Of a stretch of 64,000 bases of DNA, positions 1 to 13,299 are shown in pieces. This DNA comes from Octopus vulgaris (Eukaryota): NCBI GenBank assembly GCA_951406725.2, contig OX597816.1:2170001-2234000 (forward strand). The letters run 5' to 3'. Each line of letters starts with the position of its first letter. Within the stretch, counting starts at the first letter, position 1. The notes under the pieces are model-generated. The model searched no databases. It was given only the letters and a program-made list of their open reading frames with translations, and was not told the origin of the DNA. The position numbers and the translations under genes were made by a program.

Positions 1-302
1 AATGAATAGACACACCATTGTTTGGTTTTTCTCTGTTCCACATGCACCTCATGAATCATAAATATAAGACATAGCTGAGAATATAATGGAACATAGCAAC
101 TCATGAGCACAACTAAAGAATAAACACTACAAAAATGTTAAGTGAAATGTCTGCAGTGGCACCTTTAGAAGGTCTTAACCCAATACAGGTGTTACTGTTG
201 ACAAAACAGCAAAATGATATGCTATTGGAAAATTCATACAGTATCTAATTAGATTTTAGATTATGCCTTTTTTTAAATGAATCTATCAAGATAAAATATA
301 GA

Positions 303-716
303 TGCAGGCATGGTTTTGAGTTCATTGCCACTCCATGGCATCTTGGGTAATTGTCTTCTACTATAGCCCTTTTCCCAAGGCCAACCAAAGCATTGTGAGT
401 GGATTTAGTAATAGAAACTAAAAGAAGCCTTGTTACACACACACACACACACACAGATATAAATATGTGTGTGTTTTAGTGTTTTCTTACTTTGACATCA
501 CCTGGTGGTTGTAAATAAGTATCCTTATCATATAGGCAATGTTCTTCATTTCCAATCTTCTGTAAAAACATGTCCAGCCAGGGGGAAATAATACTTTACT
601 TGAAAACAGGTGAGGGTTGGTGACAGGAAGAGCATCATGCTGTAGAAAATCTACCTCAACAAATTTCATCTGACCTATGTGAACATGGAAAAGTGGACAT
701 TAAAAAACAATGATGG
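303..716 (+). mobile_element. SINE 'family B': family A head with an RTE-like 3' tail (other copies at about 2653-3095 -, 6657-6980 +, 10465-10808 -, 23325-23650 +, 32755-33375 +, 54575-54975 +, 57065-57530 -, 60190-60598 +)
   Basis: Head as in family A up to gaaact.aaagaagcc plus microsatellite, then a different body ending ggttggtgacaggaag.gcatc...catggaaaagtggacattaaa..(GAT)n, like the RTE terminus. Confidence 0.75.
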
Positions 717-2104
717 TGTGTGTTGTGTAATGAGATTAAAACTGGTCACTTGCAAGTGAACCTGTCTTATCCATATTTCTTAGATCAGGTTTATCTTATT
801 TTTGAAGTAACACTATAATAATGTTGTTTCTTTAGTCTTGTCAAGCACATGACAGCTAGTGCACTTTCCCCATAAACTTTGTAAAGTGGTTGGTGTTAGA
901 AAGGGCATCCAACCTTAGAAACCAAATCGAAAATGAAACTCAAGATGAGGTCTTCTGATCCATCTAAGCAGTCTCCTCAAGTACATGCTATCTCTGCTTG
1001 TCATCATCCATCCAATGTATGCCAGCATGGAGAGTGGACATAAAATGATGACCTTTCTCTTCAGCTTTTCCCAACATTTTTAATCATTCACTCATTGTTG
1101 GGCTGTGAATAGAAGTTACTGAACGTATGTTTTAACTCAAGTTTACTTCTTTGCTTCAAAACTTTTTTGAATTTCTTTTGGTAAAATCAAACTATTCTGT
1201 ATAAAGCAACTTCCATTGTTTTCAGAAGGAAAAAGAACTGGGATGAACTCTTTTATGCTTGCCTTCCAAAATTAAAAATTCCTTAGCACTTTCATAGTAG
1301 GGTTTAGCAAATATCTTAGTCACTGAACCAAATCTTACTTTTTAATTATCCACCAGTAGAAGCAAAGCATAAAATATTGTCAAAGTTTAGCACCCTCCCT
1401 CCATAAAAAAAAAAAGACTTTTTCATTTTACTTTCACTAAATACCTACATCAACAATAATATCACATTAGAGAGATACTATAAAAAAAATTAGAAAGTTC
1501 ATATTTCTATCCTAATGAGTCTAACAGTCATTTTAATGTTCTCTACTATGTGTATTATCTTTCATGATTAGTTTTAGTAATCTCTCAAGCATATTATCCT
1601 TCCCCTTGGAGCAGTTGGTGGTCTTTGAGATGAATCTATTTCCTGAGAAAATATTTGAGTGACTAATTCCACCCATGGCCATTCGGAATCATTGGGGCAG
1701 ATCTGTTTTTGCACTCAAGTGCTTTATGGCAGTTTTAGTATTCACTATTTCATTGCTTATTTGATATTTTGTCTTTGCTTTGAGAACAACCTGACTCTTT
1801 CCACAATTCTTGAGCATTTTCTGAGTATGAAACTCTCATTCTTTTCTTTTCATAAGCACAGTGCTGCTGAAATTAATCTATACATTCACCACTTCTCTGT
1901 AAATTAATTCGATCTTTCGAACTATTTTGCTATGCTGAGCATTTCACGTCCCTCTTGCTTCAGACAACAAGACTATAATTACATTATGCTTCATACCAAC
2001 AACTGCTAGGTCATAGGCATCTCTGAAATTCTAATTCTGTAAAAAGTCTTGAAACATACTAGCTAAAAGTTATCGCCCCCACTTCTATAAATAAATATAT
2101 ATAT

Positions 2105-2592
2105 CATCATCATCATCGTTTAGAATCCGCTTTCCATGCTAGCATGGGTTGAACGGTTCGACCGGGGTCTGGGAAGCCAGAAGGTTGCACCAGGCTCCAA
2201 TCTTGATCTGGCAGTGTTTCTACAGCTGGATGCCCTTCCTAACGCCAACCACTCTGTGAGTGTAGTGGGTGCTTTTTACGTGCCACCAGCACAGGTGCCA
2301 GGCGAGGCTGGCAATGGCCATGATCGGTTGGTGCTTTTTACGTGCCACCGACACGGAAGCCAGTCAAGGCGGCGCTGGCATCGGCCACGTTCAGATATCT
2401 ATATATATATATCATCATCATCATCGTTTAACGTCCGTTTTCCGTGCTAGCATGGGTTGGACGGTTCGACCAGGGTCTGGGAAGCCAGGGGCTGCACCAG
2501 GCGCCAGTCTGATCTGGCAGTGTTTCTACAGCTGGATGCCCTTCCTAATGCCAACCACTCCGCAAGTGTAGTGGGTGCTTTTTACGTGCCAG
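2105..2592 (-). mobile_element. Two adjacent young RTE 3'-end copies (about 2105-2393 and 2411-2592)
   Basis: Each starts (CAT)n-cgttta..tccg.tttcc.tgctagcatgggttg, the reverse complement of the 27381 element's 3' terminus. Confidence 0.85.
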
Positions 2593-2891
2593 GAGAGTCT
2601 GGCCGGGTACAGGATGTCACCAACAGTAAACAACATGAATACGAAAACGAATGATCATCGTCTTCATTTTAACACCTACTTTTCTATGCTTGCAGGAGTT
2701 GGGCAAGAGTATGTTTGGGCAAAGATTTTTACAGCTAAATACCCTTCCTGTCTCTAACTTTCCCCTATTTGGAAGTTGGAAATAATCTCCTAGTCTCTCA
2801 AATAATAAATAGCTTGGGCAAGCTTATGGGATACAAACAATACTTTGGTTTACAAACAAGAAAGTGAAACACAAGGAAACAAATCATTCTT

Positions 2892-2955
<64 letters not shown>

Positions 2956-3639
2956 ATACAATCATACAACAGGCTCTCAGTTTCCATTTATCAAATCCAC
3001 TCACATGGCTTGGGTCAGCCCAGAGTTTTAAGATCTGCCCAGTGTGCCATGCAGTTGGACTGAACCTGAAACCATGTGGTTAGGAAGCAAACTGACCTAC
3101 CTACGCATACAGAGAGAGAGAGAGAGAGAGAATTTGGATGAGCTTTGTAAAAGAAATTTTATCTAAGATATCTTACCAAAATCCCTCAACATATGTCATT
3201 AGAAACCTATCTGATTCCTCTGCACTTCAACAATCTGCTGTTGAAATATTTTGTTTCCTTATCTCTGTATTTTACTGTAATATTTCTATCTTTCACAAAA
3301 CATAGTATTTACAATTCTCTATATACTATTGGCATAACTGGAATTTGACTCATCTCTGTTTTTTTTAAAAAAAGATAACAGTTATAAAACTCCTAGTTAA
3401 ATAAATATGAAATATATGAATTTAATATGTTTGAGCTAAAAACTACAGAAAACAGACTAATTGATTTGCAAGTAATTCACATCAACCTTTCTCTTTCTTT
3501 CCTTAATCCAAGTCTGTCCCTGGTTCTATGACACAAACTTCTGGTTTTAAATGAACTGAATAAAAAATTTCTATTAAAATTTTGTCATGTTCCAGACACC
3601 TGTTTAATATTGACAAAATAATTTTTCTAAAGTTATCAT

Positions 3640-3772
3640 AGGCACAGGTGTGGCTGTGTGGTAAGGAGCTTGCTTACCAACCACATGATTCTGGGTTCAG
3701 TCCCTCTGTGTGACACCTTGGGTCAACCAAAGTCTTGTGAGTGGATTTGGTAGATGGAAACTGAAAGAAGTC

Positions 3773-3826
<54 letters not shown>

Positions 3827-4066
3827 GTTATATATGTATATGTATATATATATATGTATATGTATATATATATGTATATATATATGTATATATATATTTA
3901 TATATATGTATATGTGTATATGTATATATATATATGTATATATGTATATGTATATATGTATATGTATATATGTATATGTATATATGTATATGTATATATG
4001 TATATGTATATGTATATATGTATATGTATATATGTATATGTATATATGTATATGTATATATATATG

Positions 4067-4137
<71 letters not shown>

Positions 4138-4322
4138 GTATATGTATATGTTTGTGTGTCTGTGTTTGTCCGATGTTGGTGTGTTTATGTCACGGTAAAA
4201 GAGACTGATAAGATAAGTACTAAGCTTATAAAGAATAAGTCCTCGGGTCGATTTGTTTGACTGAAGGCGGTGCCCCAGCATGGCTGAAATCAAATGACTG
4301 AAACATATATAAGAATAAAAGA
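3640..4322 (+). mobile_element. SINE family A with the internal microsatellite expanded to about 370 bp (3779-4150)
   Basis: Family A head and tail flank a compound (TA)n/(TATG)/(TATATG) array. Confidence 0.85.
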
Positions 4323-6303
4323 ATTATTTTCGCAATTGAAACAAAGTTATTTCAACAAGAAAATGTTCAATGAAAAAGTTTCTCTTCAGATTCTACCACA
4401 AGTTTTGTATTGCTGTGCAAAGCTTTATTTATTAGCTGTAGATCGATGCCTGGAAATGAAAGCAGTGTTGTTTGTTTATATGGAGATGGTTGCTGTTTCT
4501 AGTTTTGTCTTTAATTTCTAAAGTCAACAATATTTTGCCCTAATTAATGTTCAAATAGTTTTCCATAGCCTGCATTTCTGTTGTCTTGTGGAGTGTTTGG
4601 TGTAGAATCCAGTGTTTGTTCATTTGATTGCCTACTTTCTGTACTATGGTCACTCACCAATATCAACTTTGATTAAGCACAACTTTTATGTCAATGATAA
4701 AAGATGAACATCATTTTAGGTAGGACTGGGATGACTGTTAATGGGAGGAGCCATCTTCAATTTAATGACAAAGAGCAATTAACATAGAAAAGTCTCTCGG
4801 AATACCTTCTAGCTTTGGCTTACAAATACATGTACACACACACATACAGAGACCCCCCATCACACACACACACACAGATGCACACATATGGAAAAGACAG
4901 AAAAAGCAGGACAAAGGAAAGTTGTTTTAAGAAATTGTTCTTTTAAAAATAATTGTCATCATAGGTTTTCATCTGCTTCCATGTGATGAAGATGTTGTTA
5001 GCACAGCTGACATATTTGGAACCTAGACTAGTAACAGGGATGCTATGCTGGAGATTTTATTTGAACCAGCCCTCTTAACTAGTGTTAGTGCTATTTAAAG
5101 GAGTGAGTTTGTGTGGGTATTTAGGGAAACTTTAGGGAGTGCAGGCAGTGTATTTTCCATCCATCTTATTGGAAAGATGTTGATTTTTAAGAAAGGTCAT
5201 TCAGTGTAAAGTTATTAACTGCTAAAATAGATTAAATGTTTTAACAAAGGAAGACATTTATTGCTATCAATTAGGCAGCATTATCTGTAACCTAGAATGT
5301 GTGTGCTACATAAATCCTGTGTAAATGTCACTGGCTTAGAAAAAGATTCTCTTTTATAGATTTTCATGTCTAAAATTTAAGAAGTTCGAAATAGTTTCTT
5401 TTATCAGATAAGATTTCTTTCACATTTCCATCATTAACAAATATCTTTACTGATGACATCTGATGGTTGCTCAACCTTCGTTAACATCAAGCAAATTTTT
5501 GAATGAAAATTAAAATGCTATGAAGTTAGGCAAAAATATAAAAGTTCTTAACCCCACTACCAAAAAAAAAAAAAAAAAAAAAAAAAAGTAATATTATAAG
5601 AAAAGAATGAAAGAAAGAAATTCTTTTATGGCACCATATTCTCTTTTGTAGTTTAGAGAGATTAGTTTTGAATAAATATTTCACTACCAACCGACCAACC
5701 AGCCAGTTTGAAATAAGACACAATGCCAGCAAGTCTTAGTTCTTATTTGGGAATAATCAAACTTTGACTTTCCCACTATTAGCATTATTTAAAACTCCTT
5801 TCTTTTACACGTTACAACCTTTTGAATAAGAAAGTACTTCAACCCATAAGGCTAAATTTAACTAATCATTTGCATATTTACTATATTTTCACATTATTAT
5901 TACTATTTAATTTCTTTTTAATTAATTGCAGATTGAGTAAATTGAAGGAACTAATGAATCTAATAAGTCTAGTGTTCTCTTAGTACATGGGAACATTTTA
6001 ATTTTGTAATGATTGAATTTGTAATACCATACACAACATTCTAGAACAATGGGCTAATTGATCTTTAGGGTGGGGTGGGGGGGTCAGAAATGTAGGATAT
6101 GTGAGAATCAGTTTTCAGGAACAATTCTTTAAAAAAATTAAATTTAAAATAATAAGAGTTTCTTTTTTCTTGCTTTCTTTAAATATTACAGTTTTTTTGT
6201 CTTTAATATGTACTTGAAAGAAGACTGTTTTTGAAGAAATTGTGATTAATGTATTTTCTATTTTAATAACTATGTCCTTTTCATTTCATTTCGTTTCATC
6301 TAG

Positions 6304-6375
6304 TTTACTGCAACATGTTGACAAAAGTCAAGACTACTGTGGTTCCATTCAGAACATTGGAACATCTAAAGTCAG
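6304..6375 (+). CDS. Candidate upstream (possibly alternative) exon of the same gene
   Basis: Long pyrimidine tract (cctttcatttcatttcgtttcatctag) and strong donor AG|gtaagc. 72 nt, open in the phase 2-2 frame (LLQHVDKSQDYCGSIQNIGTSKV-R), so it would join in frame to the 38532 exon. No homology recognised. Confidence 0.4.
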
Positions 6376-6980
6376 GTAAGCAACAGGAAATCTATTCAGT
6401 GGGAGGTTATTTATGAAGTAAGGTGTTGGGGGTAGGAAAACAAAATAATTATTCAAGGAAAACAAATTATGTTGAAAACAAACTAATTACATGGGTGTGA
6501 GTTTATTTGAAAACCTGTTATTTGAAGACTAAGTATTAAAATGAATATGTATGCAGAAAAATATTAAAAATTATGTTAAATGGAAAAATTTGATGACCAC
6601 TGCATAGATAAAGGAAGTAACGACAGATTGAAAGTATATAACATTATTCAGACCAGTACAGGCATGGCTGTATGGTTAAGAAATTCACTTCCTGAACTTG
6701 TAGTTTTTGGTTCAGTGTCACAGTATAGCATTTTGGTCAGATGACTTTCAGTTGACCAAGGCATTGTGGATGGATTTGGTAGACAGAAAATGAAAGAAGC
6801 CCATCATGTGTGTGTTTGTGTCTGCATGTCTTCACATTATGCAATAATCTATAGACATATATCATCATGATGCAAGCAGTGTTGTTTGTTTTCAATCATC
6901 TGTGAAAACATGCCCAGCCACGAGGAAGTATTACTTTGCTTGGAAACAAACGAGGGTTGGCAGCAGGAAGGGTATCCAGT

Positions 6981-7459
6981 CATATTCTGAATGCCTTACT
7001 TCCCTGGGCATGGATACATTGAAACTCCAACGTCTGGCAGCAGACTTGGCAGACACCCATAAAATTATTAACCATCTTACAAACAATAACTCTGAGCACC
7101 TTTTCAAACTCCACCTGTCTAACACCTGTGGACATGTTTACAAAGTCAGAAAACAGCACAGCTCCCATGACTTCAGGAAACATTTTTTCACGCTGAGAGT
7201 TGCTGAAGCATGGAACAAACTGCCGGCATCAGTTGTTAGTTGTCGGAGCACTGCATCCTTCAAAACTTCCATGCTTCCTGAGATTCGCCCACACTACACC
7301 TGATCTTTCTCCTCTCCATACACACACAAGCATGTATCTGACTCATACATTGTTCGCTTTCCAGACATTTGTACATTACTGCATATACTCTATACGCACT
7401 TTCTAACAAGTTGTGGTGCACCTGAGCACTGTATACAATAATTTCATTATTATTATATT
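6981..7459 (+). mobile_element. CR1/L2-group LINE 3' end nested in a SINE
   Basis: Translates YSECLTSLGMDTLKLQRLAADL...TCGHVYKVRKQ...RKHFFTLRVAEAWNKLP, a typical CR1-group RT tail, with stop at 7303, a 3' UTR and an (ATT)n tail. The flanking SINE sequence resumes after about 7460. Confidence 0.85.
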
Positions 7460-7500
7460 ATATAAAATAGCTGCTTCAGTGAATTTACTTTTCCATGCTT

Positions 7501-8134
7501 GTGGCAATTTGCTGTACTTGAAAAGATGCGTCAAGCAAAGTAAAATTGCTATATTCCTCTACGTACAGGCTTTGTCCTTAGCAGGTCCTGGGGCCACATA
7601 AATTGCACCTGTGCTGGCACTGCATAGAAGCACCTATGCCGGTGGCATGTAAAAAGCACCTTTTGTACTTTCTGTAAAGTGGTTGGCATTAGGAAGGGCG
7701 TCCAGCCATAGAAACCATGCCACAACAGACAGTTGGAGTCTGGACAGCTCCCTGGCTGGCCAGCTGTGTGTCAAACCATCTAACCCATGCCAGCATAAAA
7801 ACTGGATGTTAAACAATGATGATGATGATGATTATTATAATGATGCTTGTATGGCCTGGATGAAGTTTTCTTCAGCAGGATGCCTTTCCTGTCACCAACC
7901 TTAACCTGTTTCAAAGCAAGTTAATATTTCCCCAATGGTCAAACATGCTTCTACAAAATATTGGGAAGGAATAACCCTGCTTGTATGACAGTGACATACG
8001 TTTACAACAAAGTGTCAAGACAAAAGCAGACATGAACGCAGACGTGCACACACAATGCATACATACATGCACACACACACACACATACACACACGTATGT
8101 GTATATATGTTTAACGTATGTGTGTATGTGTGTG

Positions 8135-8166
<32 letters not shown>

Positions 8167-8965
8167 GAGAGAGAGAGAGACATTTTGAAGTTTTGGAAAT
8201 GACCCATTAATCTATTTTCAGTTTTCTTTACTTAAAAATCGAAATAAACCCCAGCATAAGTTGTTGGCATTCATAAAGCTATTTGAGCTACTCAAGCTCT
8301 TTATAGATGTCTATAGGGCTTCAAAACACTGTATCATTTAACATTAATTTCCAGTGGCAATTTGCTGTACTTGAAAAGATGCGTCAAGCTAAGTAAAATT
8401 GCTATATTCCTCTACGTACAGGCTTTGTCCTTAGCAGGTCCTGGGGCCACATAAATTGCACCTGTGCTGGCACTGCATAGAAGCACCTTTTGTACTTTCT
8501 GTAAAGTGGTTGGCATTAGGAAGGGCATACAGCCATAGAAACCATGCCACAACAGACAGTTGGAGTCTGGACAGCTTCCTGGCTGGCCAGCTGTGTGTCA
8601 AACCATCTAACCCATGCCAGCATAAAAACTGGATGTTAAACAACAATGATGATGATGATGATGATTATTATAATGATGCTTGTATGGCCTGGATGAAGTT
8701 TTCTTCAGCAGGATGCCTTTCCTGTCACCAACCTTAACCTGTTTCAAAGCAAGTTAATATTTCCCCAATGGTCAAACATGCTTCTACAAAATATTGGGAA
8801 GGAATGACCCTGCTTGTATGACAGTGACATACGTTTACAACAAAGTGTCAAGACAAAAGCAGACATGAACGTAGACGTGCACACACAATGCATACATACA
8901 TGCACACAAACACACATACACACACGTATGTGTATATATGTTTAACGTATGTGTGTATGTGTGTG

Positions 8966-8999
<34 letters not shown>

Positions 9000-9185
9000 G
9001 AGAGAGAGAGAGACATTTTGAAGTTTTGGAAATGACCCATTAATCTATTTTCAGTTTTCTTTACTTAAAAATCGAAATAAACCCCAGCATAAGTTGTTGG
9101 CATTCATAAAGCTATTTGAGCTACCCAAGCTCTTTATAGATGTCTATAGGGCTTCAAAACACTGTATCATTTAACATTAATTTCC
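7501..9185. repeat. Recent tandem duplication of about 850 bp (7501-8352 and 8354-9185)
   Basis: Near-identical sequence from gtggcaatttgctgtac to aacattaatttcc. Differences are a few SNVs, microsatellite lengths and one indel of about 25 bp. Confidence 0.95.
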
Positions 9186-9198
9186 TATGACGGCATGG

Positions 9199-10004
9199 CG
9201 TAGCATGGCCACAGTCTAATGACTGAAGCAAATGAAAGATGAAATAGTCAGTTGAGTATCTCAGTATTTCTGGGTTGATTCCCTTCCTAACACCAACCAC
9301 TCTACAAGTGTGCTGAGTGCTTTTTCTCTGACATTGGCACCAGTGAAGTCATCAAGTAAACACGTTGCCATCTCCGAGTGAGGGCTGGTGTTATGCCAGG
9401 TATTGATAGAGGGACAGGCACAAGTGTCTTGCTACAAAGAAGATACGTAGCTACCTTGCATAAGAGTGGGTGGGAGTGGCTGGAAATGTTGGTAACGAGG
9501 TGTCTTTTACAAGAAGGTGAGTTTAAGAGAGAATATGGATTGAGGATGAGAAGATGTGGTGGTGGTGGTGGAAAAACTGTGGGGGTGGGGGTAGAAAAGG
9601 ACATGGAATGGCTGTGTAGTAAGAAGTTTGCTTTGCAACCATATGGTTGTGTGTTCAGTCCCGTTGCATGATACCTTGAGCAAGTATCTTCTATAGCCTT
9701 GGATCTACCATAGGTTTGTGAGTGGATTTGGATGAATCCCATTGCATGTGTGAGTGTGTGTGTGTGTGTTTGTCCCTTACCACTGCTTGGCAACTAGTGT
9801 TAATGTATTTATGTTCCCATAACTTATTGGTTAGGCAGAAAAAAACCCCAATAAAATAAGTGCCAGGTTTTAAAGAAAAAAGTTTTGGGATTGATCCAGT
9901 TGACTGAAAATTCAAGGTGATGCCGTAGCATGGCCACAGTCTAATGACTGAAGCAAATGAAAGATGAAATAGTCAGTTGAGTATCTCAGTATTTCTGGGT
10001 TGAT
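9199..10004. repeat. Exact 81-bp direct repeat (9199-9279 = 9924-10004)
   Basis: cgtagcatggccacagtctaat...atttctgggttgat occurs twice. Confidence 0.9.
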
Positions 10005-10177
10005 GTACCAGACTACATCCAATTTTCCCATTCTTACACGCTTGCAAGTAAACTATTATATATCCTCAGCATTCACTTCTTACTGCTTTACATAAATAAT
10101 TTGACACTGTTCACATACTACCATACAAACATTTACCTTTTTCACTACAAAAGCTATAGTTTGGTTGTATGTATAGA

Positions 10178-10404
10178 TGCGAGCTGGCAGAAACGTTAGC
10201 ACACCGGGCGAAATGTGTAGCCGTATTTCGTCTGCCGTTACGTTCTGAGTTCAAATTCTGCCGTGGTCGACTTTGCCTTTCATCCTTTTGGGGTCGATAA
10301 ATTAAGTACCAGTTATGCACTGGGGTCAATGTAATTGACTTAATACCTATGTCTGTCGTTGTTTGTCCCCTCTGTGTTTAGCCCCTTGTGGCTAATAAAG
10401 AAAT
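10178..10404 (+). mobile_element. tRNA-SINE 'family C' (copies at about 32882-33102 -, 12520-12690 +, 24895-25265 +, 26925-27095 -, 38825-39035 -, 40075-40475 -, 57570-57760 -)
   Basis: gagctggcagaaacgttagc...gagttcaaattc (A/B boxes) plus a central gcctttcatcctttt/cggggtcgataaattaagtaccag domain resembling widespread conserved SINE central domains. Confidence 0.8.
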
Positions 10405-13299
10405 ATGTATGTATAGATGTATCAACGTACAACACAGAAATGTCAAACGTACATGCTGATCTAAATAATCATCATTGTAGTTTTTTTAATGCCCCCCACC
10501 CCCCACTTTTTTTTCCCAGATGAAATTTGCTGAGGCAAATTTTTGTAGCCAGATGCCTTCCTGTTACCAGCCTTCACTGACCAGACATGTTTTTGCAGAA
10601 TTTTGGAAGTGAGCAACATCACTTGTATGATGATAATACTCACAACCATCGTGTGATGCCAAAATCTGAGTACATACAGACATGCATGCACACACAAGGC
10701 TTTTGCTGGCCAAGGTCTATAGGAGAAGATACCTACTTAAGTTGCCACACAGTGGTGTTTCAAAATCATGTGTCTGGGAATCTTCTTTACCACATGGCTA
10801 TGCTGGCACCATTTAATTTTATAAAAGCAACAGCTATATATCTGCACGCACCCCCCCTTCTCTCTCTCCAAATTTCATCACAAAAACACATACATCCTGT
10901 CTCTTTTATGCTCTGCATATACAAATGTATTTTTATAGTTGCCACTAATTACATATAAAAAGCAGCAGAATGAAACAAACCTATTTTATGTAAAGCTATA
11001 ACTCATGATATGTAAATATGGTGACAATGACATTTTAGCAGAGGAGAGAGAGTTTATTGTGTTAAAAGGGGAACAAGTTTGAAGCAGTATTAGAGCTGTC
11101 ACTGCTCTGTTAATATTTCACTGTTATTAATCTTTAGAGAGAATTGCAAATTGTTCTTTAATATGAAACCATATTCTGTTTAAAAGAATTCCGAGGAAGT
11201 TTATTTCCATATCTAAATAATCTGGTAAAACAAAAAGTTGATTTTTGTTTTGTGTAGAGATATTCTATGGAGCTGGTTTCATTAGACTTTGATGTATATT
11301 TCATATATAGGTCTTTCAAGATGAATAGTCAACCTATTATGGAGATTCTGTTAAAATAGAAAAATTAAAACAGAATTACCACACTTTCCTAAACATTGTA
11401 GCTCATAAATAAACATTTTCCGAGAAATATTCTGTCAAAATTTAGAGTATTTGCTTTCCCCACTTTTTTTTTTAAAACTCAAACATTTGAATATATTAAG
11501 AGAAGGAATAAAGCGGGCATCAATTAAAAGAATAAATTGTGCACTGAAATGTTTGTTTTTAGTTGATATATTCTAATGAGTTTTGTTTTCTCTTAAATTC
11601 TCTATAAAACTGAAGAACTTTGGAGGGCAAGGATAACCATATAGGAGGGAAGACAATTTATTGTTGAGTAGGAAATGGTAGTCATCTATGATAAATGATG
11701 ATGTATGCATTTTGTTGTAATGTGTATGTTCAAAGAGGTTTCCTACAGAAATATTTTCAAATGTCTCCAAAAGTAACATTGTAATATGAGCCAAGTGCCC
11801 AGTTACTGACTTTAAGAGAGAGGCATGAATGCTTCATAATCTTCTTCTTTCCTGTGAAACTTACATGTTATAAGATATTGTACCAGTGCAAAAAATTTAG
11901 CTTTAAATAATCATCTTTTTATCTGCAACTTTCATGCTGACTTGTGCTGGATGGTTTGACAGGATCATACAGGTCAGAGGAGTGCATTGTGCTCCAGTGT
12001 CTATTTTGCCAGGGCTTCTATTGCTGGATGTCTTTTCTAACTCCATCTACTTTACAGAGAGTACAGGGTGCTTTTTTTTCATGGCACCAGCACTAATGAG
12101 GTTGCCACATAGCTTGTAAGACTAACATCCCTTTCAACTGAGTGGGACCACAATAGATGTGTGTTTTGTCTGAACATCACACAATAGTCATAAACAAGTG
12201 TCACCTCAGACAAATGGTGTTCTTTGTTTCCAGTCTTCCACATAAATGTGTAGCTGTAGGGAAATGATACCTTTGTTTGCAAACAGGTAAGAGGTGTTGT
12301 TAGGAAGAGCATCCTCTGCAGGATACCTTCTTCAATGGATTCTGTCTGATCCATGCAATCTTGGAAAAGTGGACGTTAACATAATGAGGACAATGATATA
12401 AGAATAATATAAGAATTATATTTTCTAAGGTTACCTGGAAAAGACAGTCCACTGTATTGTGAGATTACTGTCTCTCAGAAATAATGTTTGTTAGTTCTTA
12501 TTATTATCATTATCCTTAATAAGGCGGCAAGCTGGTAGAATTGTTTGCATGCCAGGCAAAATGCATTTTGTCTGTCTTTATGTTCTGAGTTCAAACTCCA
12601 TTCAAATACTGGATTTATATAATTGGCTCTCCCCCCCCCCCCATCACCATTCCTAATAACATGCTGACCTTGTGCTACAATTTGACACCATTATCATTAT
12701 TTAGCTATATAAGGCAAATAAAGCTGCTTTCATTTGAATTTCAACTACAAGCGCGAGTACTTGGTAATAACTAGTTTTTAGTAATTTCCTTATAAAATGT
12801 TGTTTTTTTTTAAGCCAGTCTGTTTTTAAGTAATGTTACTGTTATGCCTGTTTAAATGGCCATGAATATCAGCCTTGAACTCTTTATATAAAAGATATTA
12901 CTGTTGTTGAATTTTTGGAATCTCACCTATTTAAAAGTGCTTTGATTTTTTAGTAGTGTTGCATTGGGGAAAAGTATTACTGGAACCTAATTTTGTGTGA
13001 GAAAAATAAAACAAGTTTTTTTTTATTATTATTATTTATTTTGCTTGTAATTGAATTATTCATAGGGCAAGAAGAAATATTTCAATGTTTAGCCAGTACT
13101 GCAGTACTGTGTACAGGAAATCTTTAAAATCTTAGTTGGGTGCACAGGTTTGACTTAAGTAGTTTGATATCAAAATGGAATTACATTGGATCATTTGACT
13201 TGACAAATTTAGTAAATTGAATTATTGGCTACTTAAGAATTTAACTTTTACCAGATTCTTCAAAATAAAACCATTGCTCTTTTGCACAACCATCTAAAT

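Noticed and set aside
2136-2654. Recurrent peptides such as FLQLDALPNANHS and GLVPVARKKH in many ORFs
   Set aside because: Translations of the non-coding RTE 3' UTR repeat, not a protein family.
3710-4293. Long ORFs rich in Y/I/M/C/V, and many HTHT, CVCV and SLSL ORFs elsewhere
   Set aside because: Translations of (TA)n, (CA)n and (CT)n microsatellites that lack stop codons; not genes.
4983-5010. Box C (GTGATGA) and box D (CTGA) pair
   Set aside because: Only 28 nt from C to D; too short for a C/D snoRNA.
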